Positions 37,501-52,079 of a DNA stretch of 64,000 nucleotides are shown one piece after another. Position numbers and translations under genes: made by a program. How positions within the stretch are numbered: the first letter of the stretch is position 1; every line of letters starts with the position of its first letter. The notes beneath the pieces are model-generated. The model was not told the DNA's origin, ran no database searches, and was given only the letters and a program-made list of their open reading frames with translations. The stretch spans positions 62,001 through 126,000 of the forward strand of contig CAXKVF010000082.1 in assembly GCA_964057225.1 (NCBI GenBank), written 5' to 3'. This stretch comes from Auanema rhodensis. Taxonomy: Eukaryota; Animalia; Nematoda.

Positions 37501-40500
37501 GCGAGTTACATACCAAGTGCACATCACGTGTACATTTAATTAGCATAAATTAAAGTTCACGTAAATTTCAAAGTCATGGTTACCATGCACCAATATCAAT
37601 AAAAATTTGTTTTTAGACTAATATGGACATGGGGAATCTAATTTTGAAAACCGCATCTCTTCATCTTTCACGTGAAGCGAGTTACATACCAAGTGCACAT
37701 CACGTGTACATTTAATTAGCATAAATTAAAGTTCACGTAAATTTCAAAGTCATGGTTACCATGAACCAATATCAATACAAATTTGTTTTTAGACTAATAT
37801 GGACATGGGGAATCTAATTTTGAAAACCGCATCACTTTATCTTTCACGTGAAGCGAGTTACATACCAAGTGCACATCACGTGTACATTTAATTAGCATAA
37901 ATTAAAGTTCACGTAAATTTCAAAGTCATGGTTACCATGCACCAATATCAATAAAAATTTGTTTTTAGACTAATATGGACATGGGGAATCTAATGTTGAA
38001 AACCGCATCTCTTGATCTTTCACGTGAAGCGAGTTACATACCAAGTGCACATCACGTGTACATTTAATTAGCATAAATTAAAGTTCACGTAAATTTCAAA
38101 GTCATGGTTACCATGAACCAATATCAATAAAAATTTGTTTTTAGACTAATATGGACATGGGGAATCTAATTTTGAAAACCGCATCTCTTTATCTTTCACG
38201 TGAAGCGAGTTACATACCAAGTGCACATCACGTGTACATTTAATTAGCATAAATTAAAGTTCACGTAAATTTCAAAGTCATGGTTACCATGCACCAATAT
38301 CAATAAAAATTTGTTTTTAGACTAATATGGACATGGGGAATCTAATGTTGAAAACCGCATCTCTTTATCTTTCACGTGAAGCGAGTTACATACCAAGTGC
38401 ACATCACGTGTACATTTAATTAGCATAAATTAAAGTTCACGTAAATTTCAAAGTCATGGTTACCATGAACCAATATCAATAAAAATTTGTTTTTAGACTA
38501 ATATGGACATGGGGAATCTAATTTTGAAAACCGCATCTCTTTATCTTTCACGTGAAGCGAGTTACATACCAAGTGCACATCACGTGTACATTTAATTAGC
38601 ATAAATTAAAGTTCACGTAAATTTCAAAGTCATGGTTACCATGAACCAATATCAATTAAAATTTGTTTTTAGACTAATATGGACATGGGCAATCTAATTT
38701 TGAAAACCGCATCTCTTTATCTTTCACGTGAAGCGAGTTACATACCAAGTGCACATCACGTGTACATTTAATTAGCATAAATTAAAGTTCACGTAAATTT
38801 CAAAGTCACGGTTACCATGCACCAATATCAATAAAAATTTGTTTTTAGACTAATATGGACATGGGGAATCTAATTTTGAAAACCGTATCTCTTTATCTTT
38901 CACGTGAAGCGAGTTACATACCAAGTGCACATCACGTGTACATTTAATTAGCATAAATTAAAGTTCACGTAAATTTCAAAGTCATGGTTACCATGAACCA
39001 ATATCAATAACAATTTGTTTTTAGACTAATATGGACATGGGCAATCTAATTTTGAAAACCGCATCTCTTTATCTTTCACGTGAAGCGAGTTACATACCAA
39101 GTGCACATCACGTGTACATTTAATTAGCATAAATTAAAGTTCACGTAAATTTCAAAGTCATGGTTACCATGCACCAATATCAATAAAAATTTGTTTTTAG
39201 ACTAATATGGACATGGGGAATGTAATTTTGAAAACCGCATCTCTTCATCTTTCACGTGAAGCGAGTTACATACCAAGTGCACATCACGTCTAAATTTAAT
39301 TAGCATAAATTAAAGTTCACGAAAATTTCAAAGTCATGGTTACCATGAACCAATATCAATAAAAATTTGTTTTTAGACTAATATGGACATGGGCAATCTA
39401 ATTTTGAAAACCGCATCTCTTCATCTTTCACGTGAAGCGAGTTACATACCAAGTGCACATCACGTGTACATTTAATTAGCATAAATTAAAGTTCACGTAA
39501 ATTTCAAAGTCATGGTTACCATGCACCAATATCAATAAAAATTTGTTTTTAGACTAATATGGACATGGGGAATCTAATTTTGAAAACCGCATCTCTTCAT
39601 CTTTCACGTGAAGCGAGTTACATACCAAGTGCACATCACGTGTACATTTAATTAGCATAAATTAAAGTTCACGTAAATTCCAAAGTCATGGTTACCATGC
39701 ACCAATATCAATAAAAATTTGTTTTTAGACTAATATGGACATGGGGAATCTAATTTTGAAAACCGCATCTCTTTATCTTTCACGTGAAGCGAGTTACATA
39801 CCAAGTGCACATCACGTGTACATTTAATTAGCATAAATTAAAGTTCACGTAAATTTCAAAGTCATGTTTACCATGAAGCAATATCAATAAAAATTTGTTT
39901 TTAGACTAATATGGACAGGGGGAATCTAATTTTGAAAACCGCATCTCTTTATCTTTCACGTGAAGCGAGTTACATACCAAGTGCACATCACGTGTACATT
40001 TAATTAGCATAAATTAAAGTTCACGTAAAATTCAAAGTCATGGTTACCATGCACCAATATCAATAAAAATTTGTTTTTAGACTAATATGGACATGGGGAA
40101 TCTAATTTTGAAAACCGCATCTCTTTATCTTTCACGTGAAGCGAGTTACATACCAAGTGCACATCACGTGTACATTTAATTAGCATAAATTAAAGTTCAC
40201 GTAAATTTCAAAGTCACGGTTACCATGCACCAATATCAATAAAAATTTGTTTTTAGACTAATATGGACATGGGGAATCTAATTTTGAAAACCGCATCTCT
40301 TTATCTTTCACGTGAAGCGAGTTACATACCAAGTGCACATCACGTGTACATTTAATTAGCATAAATTAAAGTTCACGTAAATTTAATCTCGAAAAATTCA
40401 CGTAAAATTTCAAAGTCATGGTTACCATGAACCAATATCAATAACAATTTGTTTTTAGACTAATATGGACATGGGCAATCTAATTTTGAAAACCGCATCT

Positions 40501-43500
40501 CTTTATCTTTCACGTGAAGCGATTTACATACCAAGTGCACATCACGTGTACATTTAATTAGCATAAATTAAAGTTCACGTAAATTTCAAAGTCATGGTTA
40601 CCATGCACCAATATCAATAAAAATTTGTTTTTAGACTAATATGGACATGAGGAATCTAATTTTGAAAACCGCATCTCTTTATCTTTCACGTGAAGCGAGT
40701 TACATACCGAGTGCACATCACGTGTACATTTAATTAGCATAAATTAAAGTTCACGTAAATTTCAAAGTCATGGTTACCATGCACCAATATCAATAAAAAT
40801 TTGTTTTTAGACTAATATGGACATGGGGAATCTAATTTTGAAAACCGCATCTCTTCATCTTTCACGTGAAGCGAGTTACATACCAAGTGCACATCACGTC
40901 TAAATTTAATTAGCATAAATTAAAGTTCACGAAAATTTCAAAGTCATGGTTACCATGAACCAATATCAATAAAAATTTGTTTTTAGACTAATATGGACAT
41001 GGGCAATCTAATTTTGAAAACCGCATCTCTTCATCTTTCACGTGAAGCGAGTTACATACCAAGTGCACATCACGTGTACATTTAATTAGCATAAATTAAA
41101 ATTCACGTAAATTTCAAAGTCATGGTTACCATAAACCAATATCAATAAAAATTTGTTTTTAGACTAATATGGACATGGGGAATCTAATTTTGAAAACCGC
41201 ATCTCTTTATCTTTCACGTGAAGCGAGTTACATACCAAGTGCACATCACGTGTACATTTAATTAGCATAAATTAAAGTTCACGTAAATTTCAAAGTCATG
41301 GTTACCATGAACCAATATCAATACAAATTTGTTTTTAGACTAATATGGACATGGGGAATCTAATTTTGAAAACCGCATCACTTTATCTTTCACGTGAAGC
41401 GAGTTACATACCAAGTGCACATCACGTGTACATTTAATTAGCATAAATTAAAGTTCACGTAAATTTCAAAGTCATGGTTACCATGCACCAATATCAATAA
41501 AAATTTGTTTTTAGACTAATATGGACATGGGGAATCTAATGTTGAAAACCGCATCTCTTGATCTTTCACGTGAAGCGAGTTACATACCAAGTGCACATCA
41601 CGTGTACATTTAATTAGCATAAATTAAAGTTCACGTAAATTTCAAAGTCATGGTTACCATGAACCAATATCAATAAAAATTTGTTTTTAGACTAATATGG
41701 ACATGGGGAATCTAATTTTGAAAACCGCATCTCTTTATCTTTCACGTGAAGCGAGTTACATACCAAGTGCACATCACGTGTACATTTAATTAGCATAAAT
41801 TAAAGTTCACGTAAATTTCAAAGTCATGGTTACCATGCACCAATATCAATAAAAATTTGTTTTTAGACTAATATGGACATGGGGAATCTAATGTTGAAAA
41901 CCGCATCTCTTTATATATTCACGTGAAGCGAGTTACATACCAAGTGCACATCACGTGTACATTTAATTAGCATAAATTAAAGTTCACGTAAATTTCAAAG
42001 TCATGGTTACCATGAACCAATATCAATAAAAATTTGTTTTTAGACTAATATGGACATGGGGAATCTAATTTTGAAAACCGCATCTCTTTATCTTTCACGT
42101 GAAGCGAGTTACATACCAAGTGCACATCACGTGTACATTTAATTAGCATAAATTAAAGTTCACGTAAATTTCAAAGTCATGGTTACCATGAACCAATATC
42201 AATTAAAATTTGTTTTTAGACTAATATGGACATGGGCAATCTAATTTTGAAAACCGCATCTCTTTATCTTTCACGTGAAGCGAGTTACATACCAAGTGCA
42301 CATCACGTGTACATTTAATTAGCATAAATTAAAGTTCACGTAAATTTCAAAGTCACGGTTACCATGCACCAATATCAATAAAAATTTGTTTTTAGACTAA
42401 TATGGACATGGGGAATCTAATTTTGAAAACCGTATCTCTTTATCTTTCACGTGAAGCGAGTTACATACCAAGTGCACATCACGTGTACATTTAATTAGCA
42501 TAAATTAAAGTTCACGTAAATTTCAAAGTCATGGTTACCATGAACCAATATCAATAACAATTTGTTTTTAGACTAATATGGACATGGGCAATCTAATTTT
42601 GAAAACCGCATCTCTTTATCTTTCACGTGAAGCGAGTTACATACCAAGTGCACATCACGTGTACATTTAATTAGCATAAATTAAAGTTCACGTAAATTTC
42701 AAAGTCATGGTTACCATGCACCAATATCAATAAAAATTTGTTTTTAGACTAATATGGACATGGGGAATCTAATTTTGAAAACCGCATCTCTTCATCTTTC
42801 ACGTGAAGCGAGTTACATACCAAGTGCACATCACGTCTAAATTTAATTAGCATAAATTAAAGTTCACGAAAATTTCAAAGTCATGGTTACCATGAACCAA
42901 TATCAATAAAAATTTGTTTTTAGACTAATATGGACATGGGCAATCTAATTTTGAAAACCGCATCTCTTCATCTTTCACGTGAAGCGAGTTACATACCAAG
43001 TGCACATCACGTGTACATTTAATTAGCATAAATTAAAGTTCACGTAAATTTCAAAGTCATGGTTACCATGCACCAATATCAATAAAAATTTGTTTTTAGA
43101 CTAATATGGACATGGGGAATCTAATTTTGAAAACCGCATCTCTTCATCTTTCAATCTTTCACGTGAAGCGAGTTACATACCAAGTGCACATCACGTGTAC
43201 ATTTAATTAGCATAAATTAAAGTTCACGTAAATTTCAAAGTCATGGTTACCATGAACCAATATCAATAAAAATTTGTTTTTAGACTAATATGGACATGGG
43301 GAATCTAATTTTGAAAACCGCATCTCTTTATCTTTCACGTGAAGCGAGTTCATACCAAGTGCACATCACGTGTACATTTAATTAGCATAAATTAAAGTTC
43401 ACGTAAATTTCAAAGTCATGGTTACCATGCACCAATATCAATAAAAATTTGTTTTTAGACTAATATGGACATGGGGAATCTAATTTTGAAAACCGCATCT

Positions 43501-46500
43501 CTTTATCTTTCACGTGAAGCGAGTTACATACCAAGTGCACATCACGTGTACATTTAATTAGCATAAATTAAAGTTCACGTAAATTTCAAAGTCATGGTTA
43601 CCATGAACCAATATCAATAACAATTTGTTTTTAGACTAATATGGACATGGGCAATCTAATTTTGAAAACCGTATCTCTTTATCTTTCACGTGAAGCGAGT
43701 TACATACCAAGTGCACATCACGTGTACATTTAATTAGCATAAATTAAAGTTCACGTAAATTTCAAAGTCATGGTTACCATGAACCAATATCAATAACAAT
43801 TTGTTTTTAGACTAATATGGACATGGGGAATCTAATTTTGAAAACCGTATCTCTTTATCTTTCACGTGAAGCGAGTTACATACCAAGTGCACATCACGTG
43901 TACATTTAATTAGCATAAATTAAAGTTCACGTAAATTTCAAAGTCATGGTTACCATGAACCAATATCAATAACAATTTGTTTTTAGACTAATATGGACAT
44001 GGGCAATCTAATTTTGAAAACCGCATCTCTTTATCTTTCACGTGAAGCGAGTTACATACCAAGTGCACATCACGTGTACATTTAATTAGCATAAATTAAA
44101 GTTCACGTAAATTTCAAAGTCATGGTTACCATGCACCAATATCAATAAAAATTTGTTTTTAGACTAATATGGACATGGGGAATCTAATTTTGAAAACCGC
44201 ATCTCTTCATCTTTCACGTGAAGCGAGTTACATACCAAGTGCACATCACGTCTAAATTTAATTAGCATAAATTAAAGTTCACGAAAATTTCAAAGTCATG
44301 GTTACCATGAACCAATATCAATAAAAATTTGTTTTTAGACTAATATGGACATGGGCAATCTAATTTTGAAAACCGCATCTCTTCATCTTTCACGTGAAGC
44401 GAGTTACATACCAAGTGCACATCACGTGTACATTTAATTAGCATAAATTAAAGTTCACGTAAATTTCAAAGTCATGGTTACCATGCACCAATATCAATAA
44501 AAATTTGTTTTTAGACTAATATGGACATGGGGAATCTAATTTTGAAAACCGCATCTCTTCATCTTTCAATCTTTCACGTGAAGCGAGTTACATACCAAGT
44601 GCACATCACGTGTACATTTAATTAGCATAAATTAAAGTTCACGTAAATTTCAAAGTCATGGTTACCATGAACCAATATCAATAAAAATTTGTTTTTAGAC
44701 TAATATGGACATGGGGAATCTAATTTTGAAAACCGCATCTCTTTATCTTTCACGTGAAGCGAGTTCATACCAAGTGCACATCACGTGTACATTTAATTAG
44801 CATAAATTAAAGTTCACGTAAATTTCAAAGTCATGGTTACCATGCACCAATATCAATAAAAATTTGTTTTTAGACTAATATGGACATGGGGAATCTAATT
44901 TTGAAAACCGCATCTCTTTATCTTTCACGTGAAGCGAGTTACATACCAAGTGCACATCACGTGTACATTTAATTAGCATAAATTAAAGTTCACGTAAATT
45001 TCAAAGTCATGTTTACCATGAAGCAATATCAATAAAAATTTGTTTTTAGACTAATATGGACAGGGGGAATCTAATTTTGAAAACCGCATCTCTTTATCTT
45101 TCACGTGAAGCGAGTTACATACCAAGTGCACATCACGTGTACATTTAATTAGCATAAATTAAAGTTCACGTAAAATTCAAAGTCATGGTTACCATGCACC
45201 AATATCAATAAAAATTTGTTTTTAGACTAATATGGACATGGGGAATCTAATTTTGAAAACCGCATCTCTTTATCTTTCACGTGAAGCGAGTTACATACCA
45301 AGTGCACATCACGTGTACATTTAATTAGCATAAATTAAAGTTCACGTAAATTTCAAAGTCACGGTTACCATGCACCAATATCAATAAAAATTTGTTTTTA
45401 GACTAATATGGACATGGGGAATCTAATTTTGAAAACCGCATCTCTTTATCTTTCACGTGAAGCGAGTTACATACCAAGTGCACATCACGTGTACATTTAA
45501 TTAGCATAAATTAAAGTTCACGTAAATTTAATCTCGAAAAATTCACGTAAAATTTCAAAGTCATGGTTACCATGAACCAATATCAATAACAATTTGTTTT
45601 TAGACTAATATGGACATGGGCAATCTAATTTTGAAAACCGCATCTCTTTATCTTTCACGTGAAGCGAGTTACATACCAAGTGCACATCACGTGTACATTT
45701 AATTAGCATAAATTAAAGTTCACGTAAATTTCAAAGTCATGGTTACCATGCACCAATATCAATAAAAATTTGTTTTTAGACTAATATGGACATGAGGAAT
45801 CTAATTTTGAAAACCGCATCTCTTTATCTTTCACGTGAAGCGAGTTACATACCGAGTGCACATCACGTGTACATTTAATTAGCATAAATTAAAGTTCACG
45901 TAAATTTCAAAGTCATGGTTACCATGCACCAATATCAATAAAAATTTGTTTTTAGACTAATATGGACATGGGGAATCTAATTTTGAAAACCGCATCTCTT
46001 CATCTTTCACGTGAAGCGAGTTACATACCAAGTGCACATCACGTCTAAATTTAATTAGCATAAATTAAAGTTCACGAAAATTTCAAAGTCATGGTTACCA
46101 TGAACCAATATCAATAAAAATTTGTTTTTAGACTAATATGGACATGGGCAATCTAATTTTGAAAACCGCATCTCTTCATCTTTCACGTGAAGCGAGTTAC
46201 ATACCAAGTGCACATCACGTGTACATTTAATTAGCATAAATTAAAGTTCACGTAAATTTCAAAGTCATGGTTACCATGAACCAATATCAATAAAAATTTG
46301 TTTTTAGACTAATATGGACATGGGGAATCTAATTTTGAAAACCGCATCTCTTTATCTTTCACGTGAAGCGAGTTACATACCAAGTGCACATCACGTGTAC
46401 ATTTAATTAGCATAAATTAAAGTTCACGTAAATTTCAAAGTCATGGTTACCATGAACCAATATCAATTAAAATTTGTTTTTAGACTAATATTGACATGGG

Positions 46501-49500
46501 CAATCTAATTTTGAAAACCGCATCTCTTTATCTTTCACGTGAAGCGAGTTACATACCAAGTGCACATCACGTGTACATTTAATTAGCATAAATTAAAGTT
46601 CACGTAAATTTCAAAGTCATGGTTACCATGAACCAATATCAATAACAATTTGTTTTTAGACTAATATGGACATGGGCAATCTAATTTTGAAAACCGCATC
46701 TCTTTATCTTTCACGTGAAGCGAGTTACATACCAAGTGCACATCACGTGTACATTTAATTAACATAAATTAAAGTTCACGTAAATTTCAAAGTCATGGTT
46801 ACCATGAACCAATATCAATTAAAATTTGTTTTTAGACTAATATTGACATGGGCAATCTAATTTTGAAAACCGCATCTCTTTATCTTTCACGTGAAGCGAG
46901 TTACATACCAAGTGCACATCACGTGTACATTTAATTAGCATAAATTAAAGTTCACGTAAATTTCAAAGTCATGGTTACCATGAACCAATATCAATAACAA
47001 TTTGTTTTTAGACTAATATGGACATGGGCAATCTAATTTTGAAAACCGCATCTCTTTATCTTTCACGTGAAGCGAGTTACATACCAAGTGCACATCACGT
47101 GTACATTTAATTAGCATAAATTAAAGTTCACGTAAAATTCAAAGTCATGGTTACCATGCACCAATATCAATAAAAATTTGTTTTTAGACTAATATGGACA
47201 TGGGGAATCTAATTTTGAAAACCGCATCTCTTTATCTTTCACGTGAAGCGAGTTACATACCAAGTGCACATCACGTGTACATTTAATTAGCATAAATTAA
47301 AGTTCACGTAAATTTCAAAGTCACGGTTACCATGCACCAATATCAATAAAAATTTGTTTTTAGACTAATATGGACATGGGGAATCTAATTTTGAAAACCG
47401 CATCTCTTTATCTTTCACGTGAAGCGAGTTACATACCAAGTGCACATCACGTGTACATTTAATTAGCATAAATTAAAGTTCACGTAAATTTAATCTCGAA
47501 AAATTCACGTAAAATTTCAAAGTCATGGTTACCATGAACCAATATCAATAACAATTTGTTTTTAGACTAATATGGACATGGGCAATCTAATTTTGAAAAC
47601 CGCATCTCTTTATCTTTCACGTGAAGCGAGTTACATACCAAGTGCACATCACGTGTACATTTAATTAGCATAAATTAAAGTTCACGTAAATTTCAAAGTC
47701 ATGGTTACCATGCACCAATATCAATAAAAATTTGTTTTTAGACTAATATGGACATGAGGAATCTAATTTTGAAAACCGCATCTCTTTATCTTTCACGTGA
47801 AGCGAGTTACATACCGAGTGCACATCACGTGTACATTTAATTAGCATAAATTAAAGTTCACGTAAATTTCAAAGTCATGGTTACCATGCACCAATATCAA
47901 TAAAAATTTGTTTTTAGACTAATATGGACATGGGGAATCTAATTTTGAAAACCGCATCTCTTCATCTTTCACGTGAAGCGAGTTACATACCAAGTGCACA
48001 TCACGTCTAAATTTAATTAGCATAAATTAAAGTTCACGAAAATTTCAAAGTCATGGTTACCATGAACCAATATCAATAAAAATTTGTTTTTAGACTAATA
48101 TGGACATGGGCAATCTAATTTTGAAAACCGCATCTCTTCATCTTTCACGTGAAGCGAGTTACATACCAAGTGCACATCACGTGTACATTTAATTAGCATA
48201 AATTAAAGTTCACGTAAATTTCAAAGTCATGGTTACCATGAACCAATATCAATAAAAATTTGTTTTTAGACTAATATGGACATGGGGAATCTAATTTTGA
48301 AAACCGCATCTCTTTATCTTTCACGTGAAGCGAGTTACATACCAAGTGCACATCACGTGTACATTTAATTAGCATAAATTAAAGTTCACGTAAATTTCAA
48401 AGTCATGGTTACCATGAACCAATATCAATAACAATTTGTTTTTAGACTAATATGGACATGGGCAATCTAATTTTGAAAACCGCATCTCTTTATCTTTCAC
48501 GTGAAGCGAGTTACATACCAAGTGCACATCACGTGTACATTTAATTAGCATAAATTAAAGTTCACGAAAATTTCAAAGTCATGGTTACCATGCACCAATA
48601 TCAATAAAAATTTGTTTTTAGACTAATATGGACATGGGGAATCTAATGTTGAAAACCGCATCTCTTTATCTTTCACGTGAAGCGAGTTACATACCAAGTG
48701 CACATCACGTGTACATTTAATTAGCATAAATTAAAGTTCACGTAAATTTCAAAGTCATGGTTACCATGAACCAATATCAATAAAAATTTGTTTTTAGACT
48801 AATATGGACATGGGCAATCTAATTTTGAAAACCGCATCTCTTTATCTTTCACGTGAAGCGAGTTACATACCAAGTGCACATCACGTGTACATTTAATTAG
48901 CATAAATTAAAGTTCACGTAAATTTCAAAGTCATGGTTACCATGAACCAATATCAATTAAAATTTGTTTTTAGACTAATATGGACATGGGCAATCTAATT
49001 TTGAAAACCGCATCTCTTTATCTTTCACGTGAAGCGAGTTACATACCAAGTGCACATCACGTGTACATTTAATTAGCATAAATTAAAGTTCACGTAAATT
49101 TCAAAGTCACGGTTACCATGCACCAATATCAATAAAAATTTGTTTTTAGACTAATATGGACATGGGGAATCTAATTTTGAAAACCGTATCTCTTTATCTT
49201 TCACGTGAAGCGAGTTACATACCAAGTGCACATCACGTGTACATTTAATTAGCATAAATTAAAGTTCACGTAAATTTCAAAGTCATGGTTACCATGAACC
49301 AATATCAATAACAATTTGTTTTTAGACTAATATGGACATGGGCAATCTAGTTTTGAAAACCGCATCTCTTTATCTTTCACGTGAAGCGAGTTACATACCA
49401 AGTGCACATCACGTGTACATTTAATTAGCATAAATTAAAGTTCACGTAAATTTCAAAGTCATGGTTACCATGCACCAATATCAATAAAAATTTGTTTTTA

Positions 49501-51904
49501 GTTTAATATGGACATGGGGAATCTAATTTTGAAAACCGCATCTCTTCATCTTTCACGTGAAGCGAGTTACATACCAAGTGCACATCACGTCTAAATTTAA
49601 TTAGCATAAATTAAAGTTCACGAAAATTTCAAAGTCATGGTTACCATGAACCAATATCAATAAAAATTTGTTTTTAGACTAATATGGACATGGGGAATCT
49701 AATTTTGAAAACCGCATCTCTTCATCTTTCACGTGAAGCGAGTTACATACCAAGTGCACATCACGTCTAAATTTAATTAGCATAAATTAAAGTTCACGAA
49801 AATTTCAAAGTCATGGTTACCATGAACCAATATCAATAAAAATTTGTTTTTAGACTAATATGGACATGGGCAATCTAATTTTGAAAACCGCATCTCTTCA
49901 TCTTTCACGTGAAGCAAGTTACATACCAAGTGCACATCACGTGTACATTTAATTAGCATAAATTAAAGTTCACGTAAATTTCAAAGTCATGGTTACCATG
50001 CACCAATATCAATAAAAATTTGTTTTTAGACTAATATGGACATGGGGAATCTAATTTTGAAAACCGCATCTCTTCATCTTTCACGTGAAGCGAGTTACAT
50101 ACCAAGTGCACATCACGTGTACATTTAATTAGCATAAATTAAAGTTCACGTAAATTTCAAAGTCATGGTTACCATGAACCAATATCAATACAAATTTGTT
50201 TTTAGACTAATATGGACATGGGGAATCTAATTTTGAAAACCGCATCACTTTATCTTTCACGTGAAGCGAGTTACATACCAAGTGCACATCACGTGTACAT
50301 TTAATTAGCATAAATTAAAGTTCACGTAAATTTCAAAGTCATGGTTACCATGCACCAATATCAATAAAAATTTGTTTTTAGACTAATATGGACATGGGGA
50401 ATCTAATGTTGAAAACCGCATCTCTTGATCTTTCACGTGAAGCGAGTTACATACCAAGTGCACATCACGTGTACATTTAATTAGCATAAATTAAAGTTCA
50501 CGTAAATTTCAAAGTCATGGTTACCATGAACCAATATCAATAAAAATTTGTTTTTAGACTAATATGGACATGGGGAATCTAATTTTGAAAACCGCATCTC
50601 TTTATCTTTCACGTGAAGCGAGTTACATACCAAGTGCACATCACGTGTACATTTAATTAGCATAAATTAAAGTTCACGTAAATTTCAAAGTCATGGTTAC
50701 CATGCACCAATATCAATAAAAATTTGTTTTTAGACTAATATGGACATGGGGAATCTAATGTTGAAAACCGCATCTCTTTATCTTTCACGTGAAGCGAGTT
50801 ACATACCAAGTGCACATCACGTGTACATTTAATTAGCATAAATTAAAGTTCACGTAAATTTCAAAGTCATGGTTACCATGAACCAATATCAATAAAAATT
50901 TGTTTTTAGACTAATATGGACATGGGGAATCTAATTTTGAAAACTGCATCTCTTTATCTTTCACGTGAAGCGAGTTACATACCAAGTGCACATCACGTGT
51001 ACATTTAATTAGCATAAATTAAAGTTCACGTAAATTTCAAAGTCATGGTTACCATGAACCAATATCAATTAAAATTTGTTTTTAGACTAATATGGACATG
51101 GGCAATCTAATTTTGAAAACCGCATCTCTTTATCTTTCACGTGAAGCGAGTTACATACCAAGTGCACATCACGTGTACATTTAATTAGCATAAATTAAAG
51201 TTCACGTAAATTTCAAAGTCACGGTTACCATGCACCAATATCAATAAAAATTTGTTTTTAGACTAATATGGACATGGGGAATCTAATTTTGAAAACCGTA
51301 TCTCTTTATCTTTCACGTGAAGCGAGTTACATACCAAGTGCACATCACGTGTACATTTAATTAGCATAAATTAAAGTTCACGTAAATTTCAAAGTCATGG
51401 TTACCATGAACCAATATCAATAACAATTTGTTTTTAGACTAATATGGACATGGGCAATCTAATTTTGAAAACCGCATCTCTTTATCTTTCACGTGAAGCG
51501 AGTTACATACCAAGTGCACATCACGTGTACATTTAATTAGCATAAATTAAAGTTCACGTAAATTTCAAAGTCATGGTTACCATGCACCAATATCAATAAA
51601 AATTTGTTTTTAGACTAATATGGACATGGGGAATGTAATTTTGAAAACCGCATCTCTTCATCTTTCACGTGAAGCGAGTTACATACCAAGTGCACATCAC
51701 GTCTAAATTTAATTAGCATAAATTAAAGTTCACGAAAATTTCAAAGTCATGGTTACCATGAACCAATATCAATAAAAATTTGTTTTTAGACTAATATGGA
51801 CATGGGCAATCTAATTTTGAAAACCGCATCTCTTCATCTTTCACGTGAAGCGAGTTACATACCAAGTGCACATCACGTGTACATTTAATTAGCATAAATT
51901 AAAG
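34538..51904. repeat. Non-adjacent block duplication: about 34538-39491 copied at about 47127-51904
   Basis: Rare markers GAATGTAATT (39222 and 51635) and CATCACTT (37834 and 50247) are both 12413 apart. The upstream part is offset by 12589 because the second copy lacks one monomer. Confidence 0.8.
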
Positions 51905-52079
51905 TTCACGTAAATTTCAAAGTCATGGTTACCATGAACCAATATCAATAAAAATTTGTTTTTAGACTAATATGGACATGGGGAATCTAATTTTGAAAAC
52001 CGCATCTCTTTATCTTTCACGTGAAGCGAGTTCATACCAAGTGCACATCACGTGTACATTTAATTAGCATAAATTAAAG

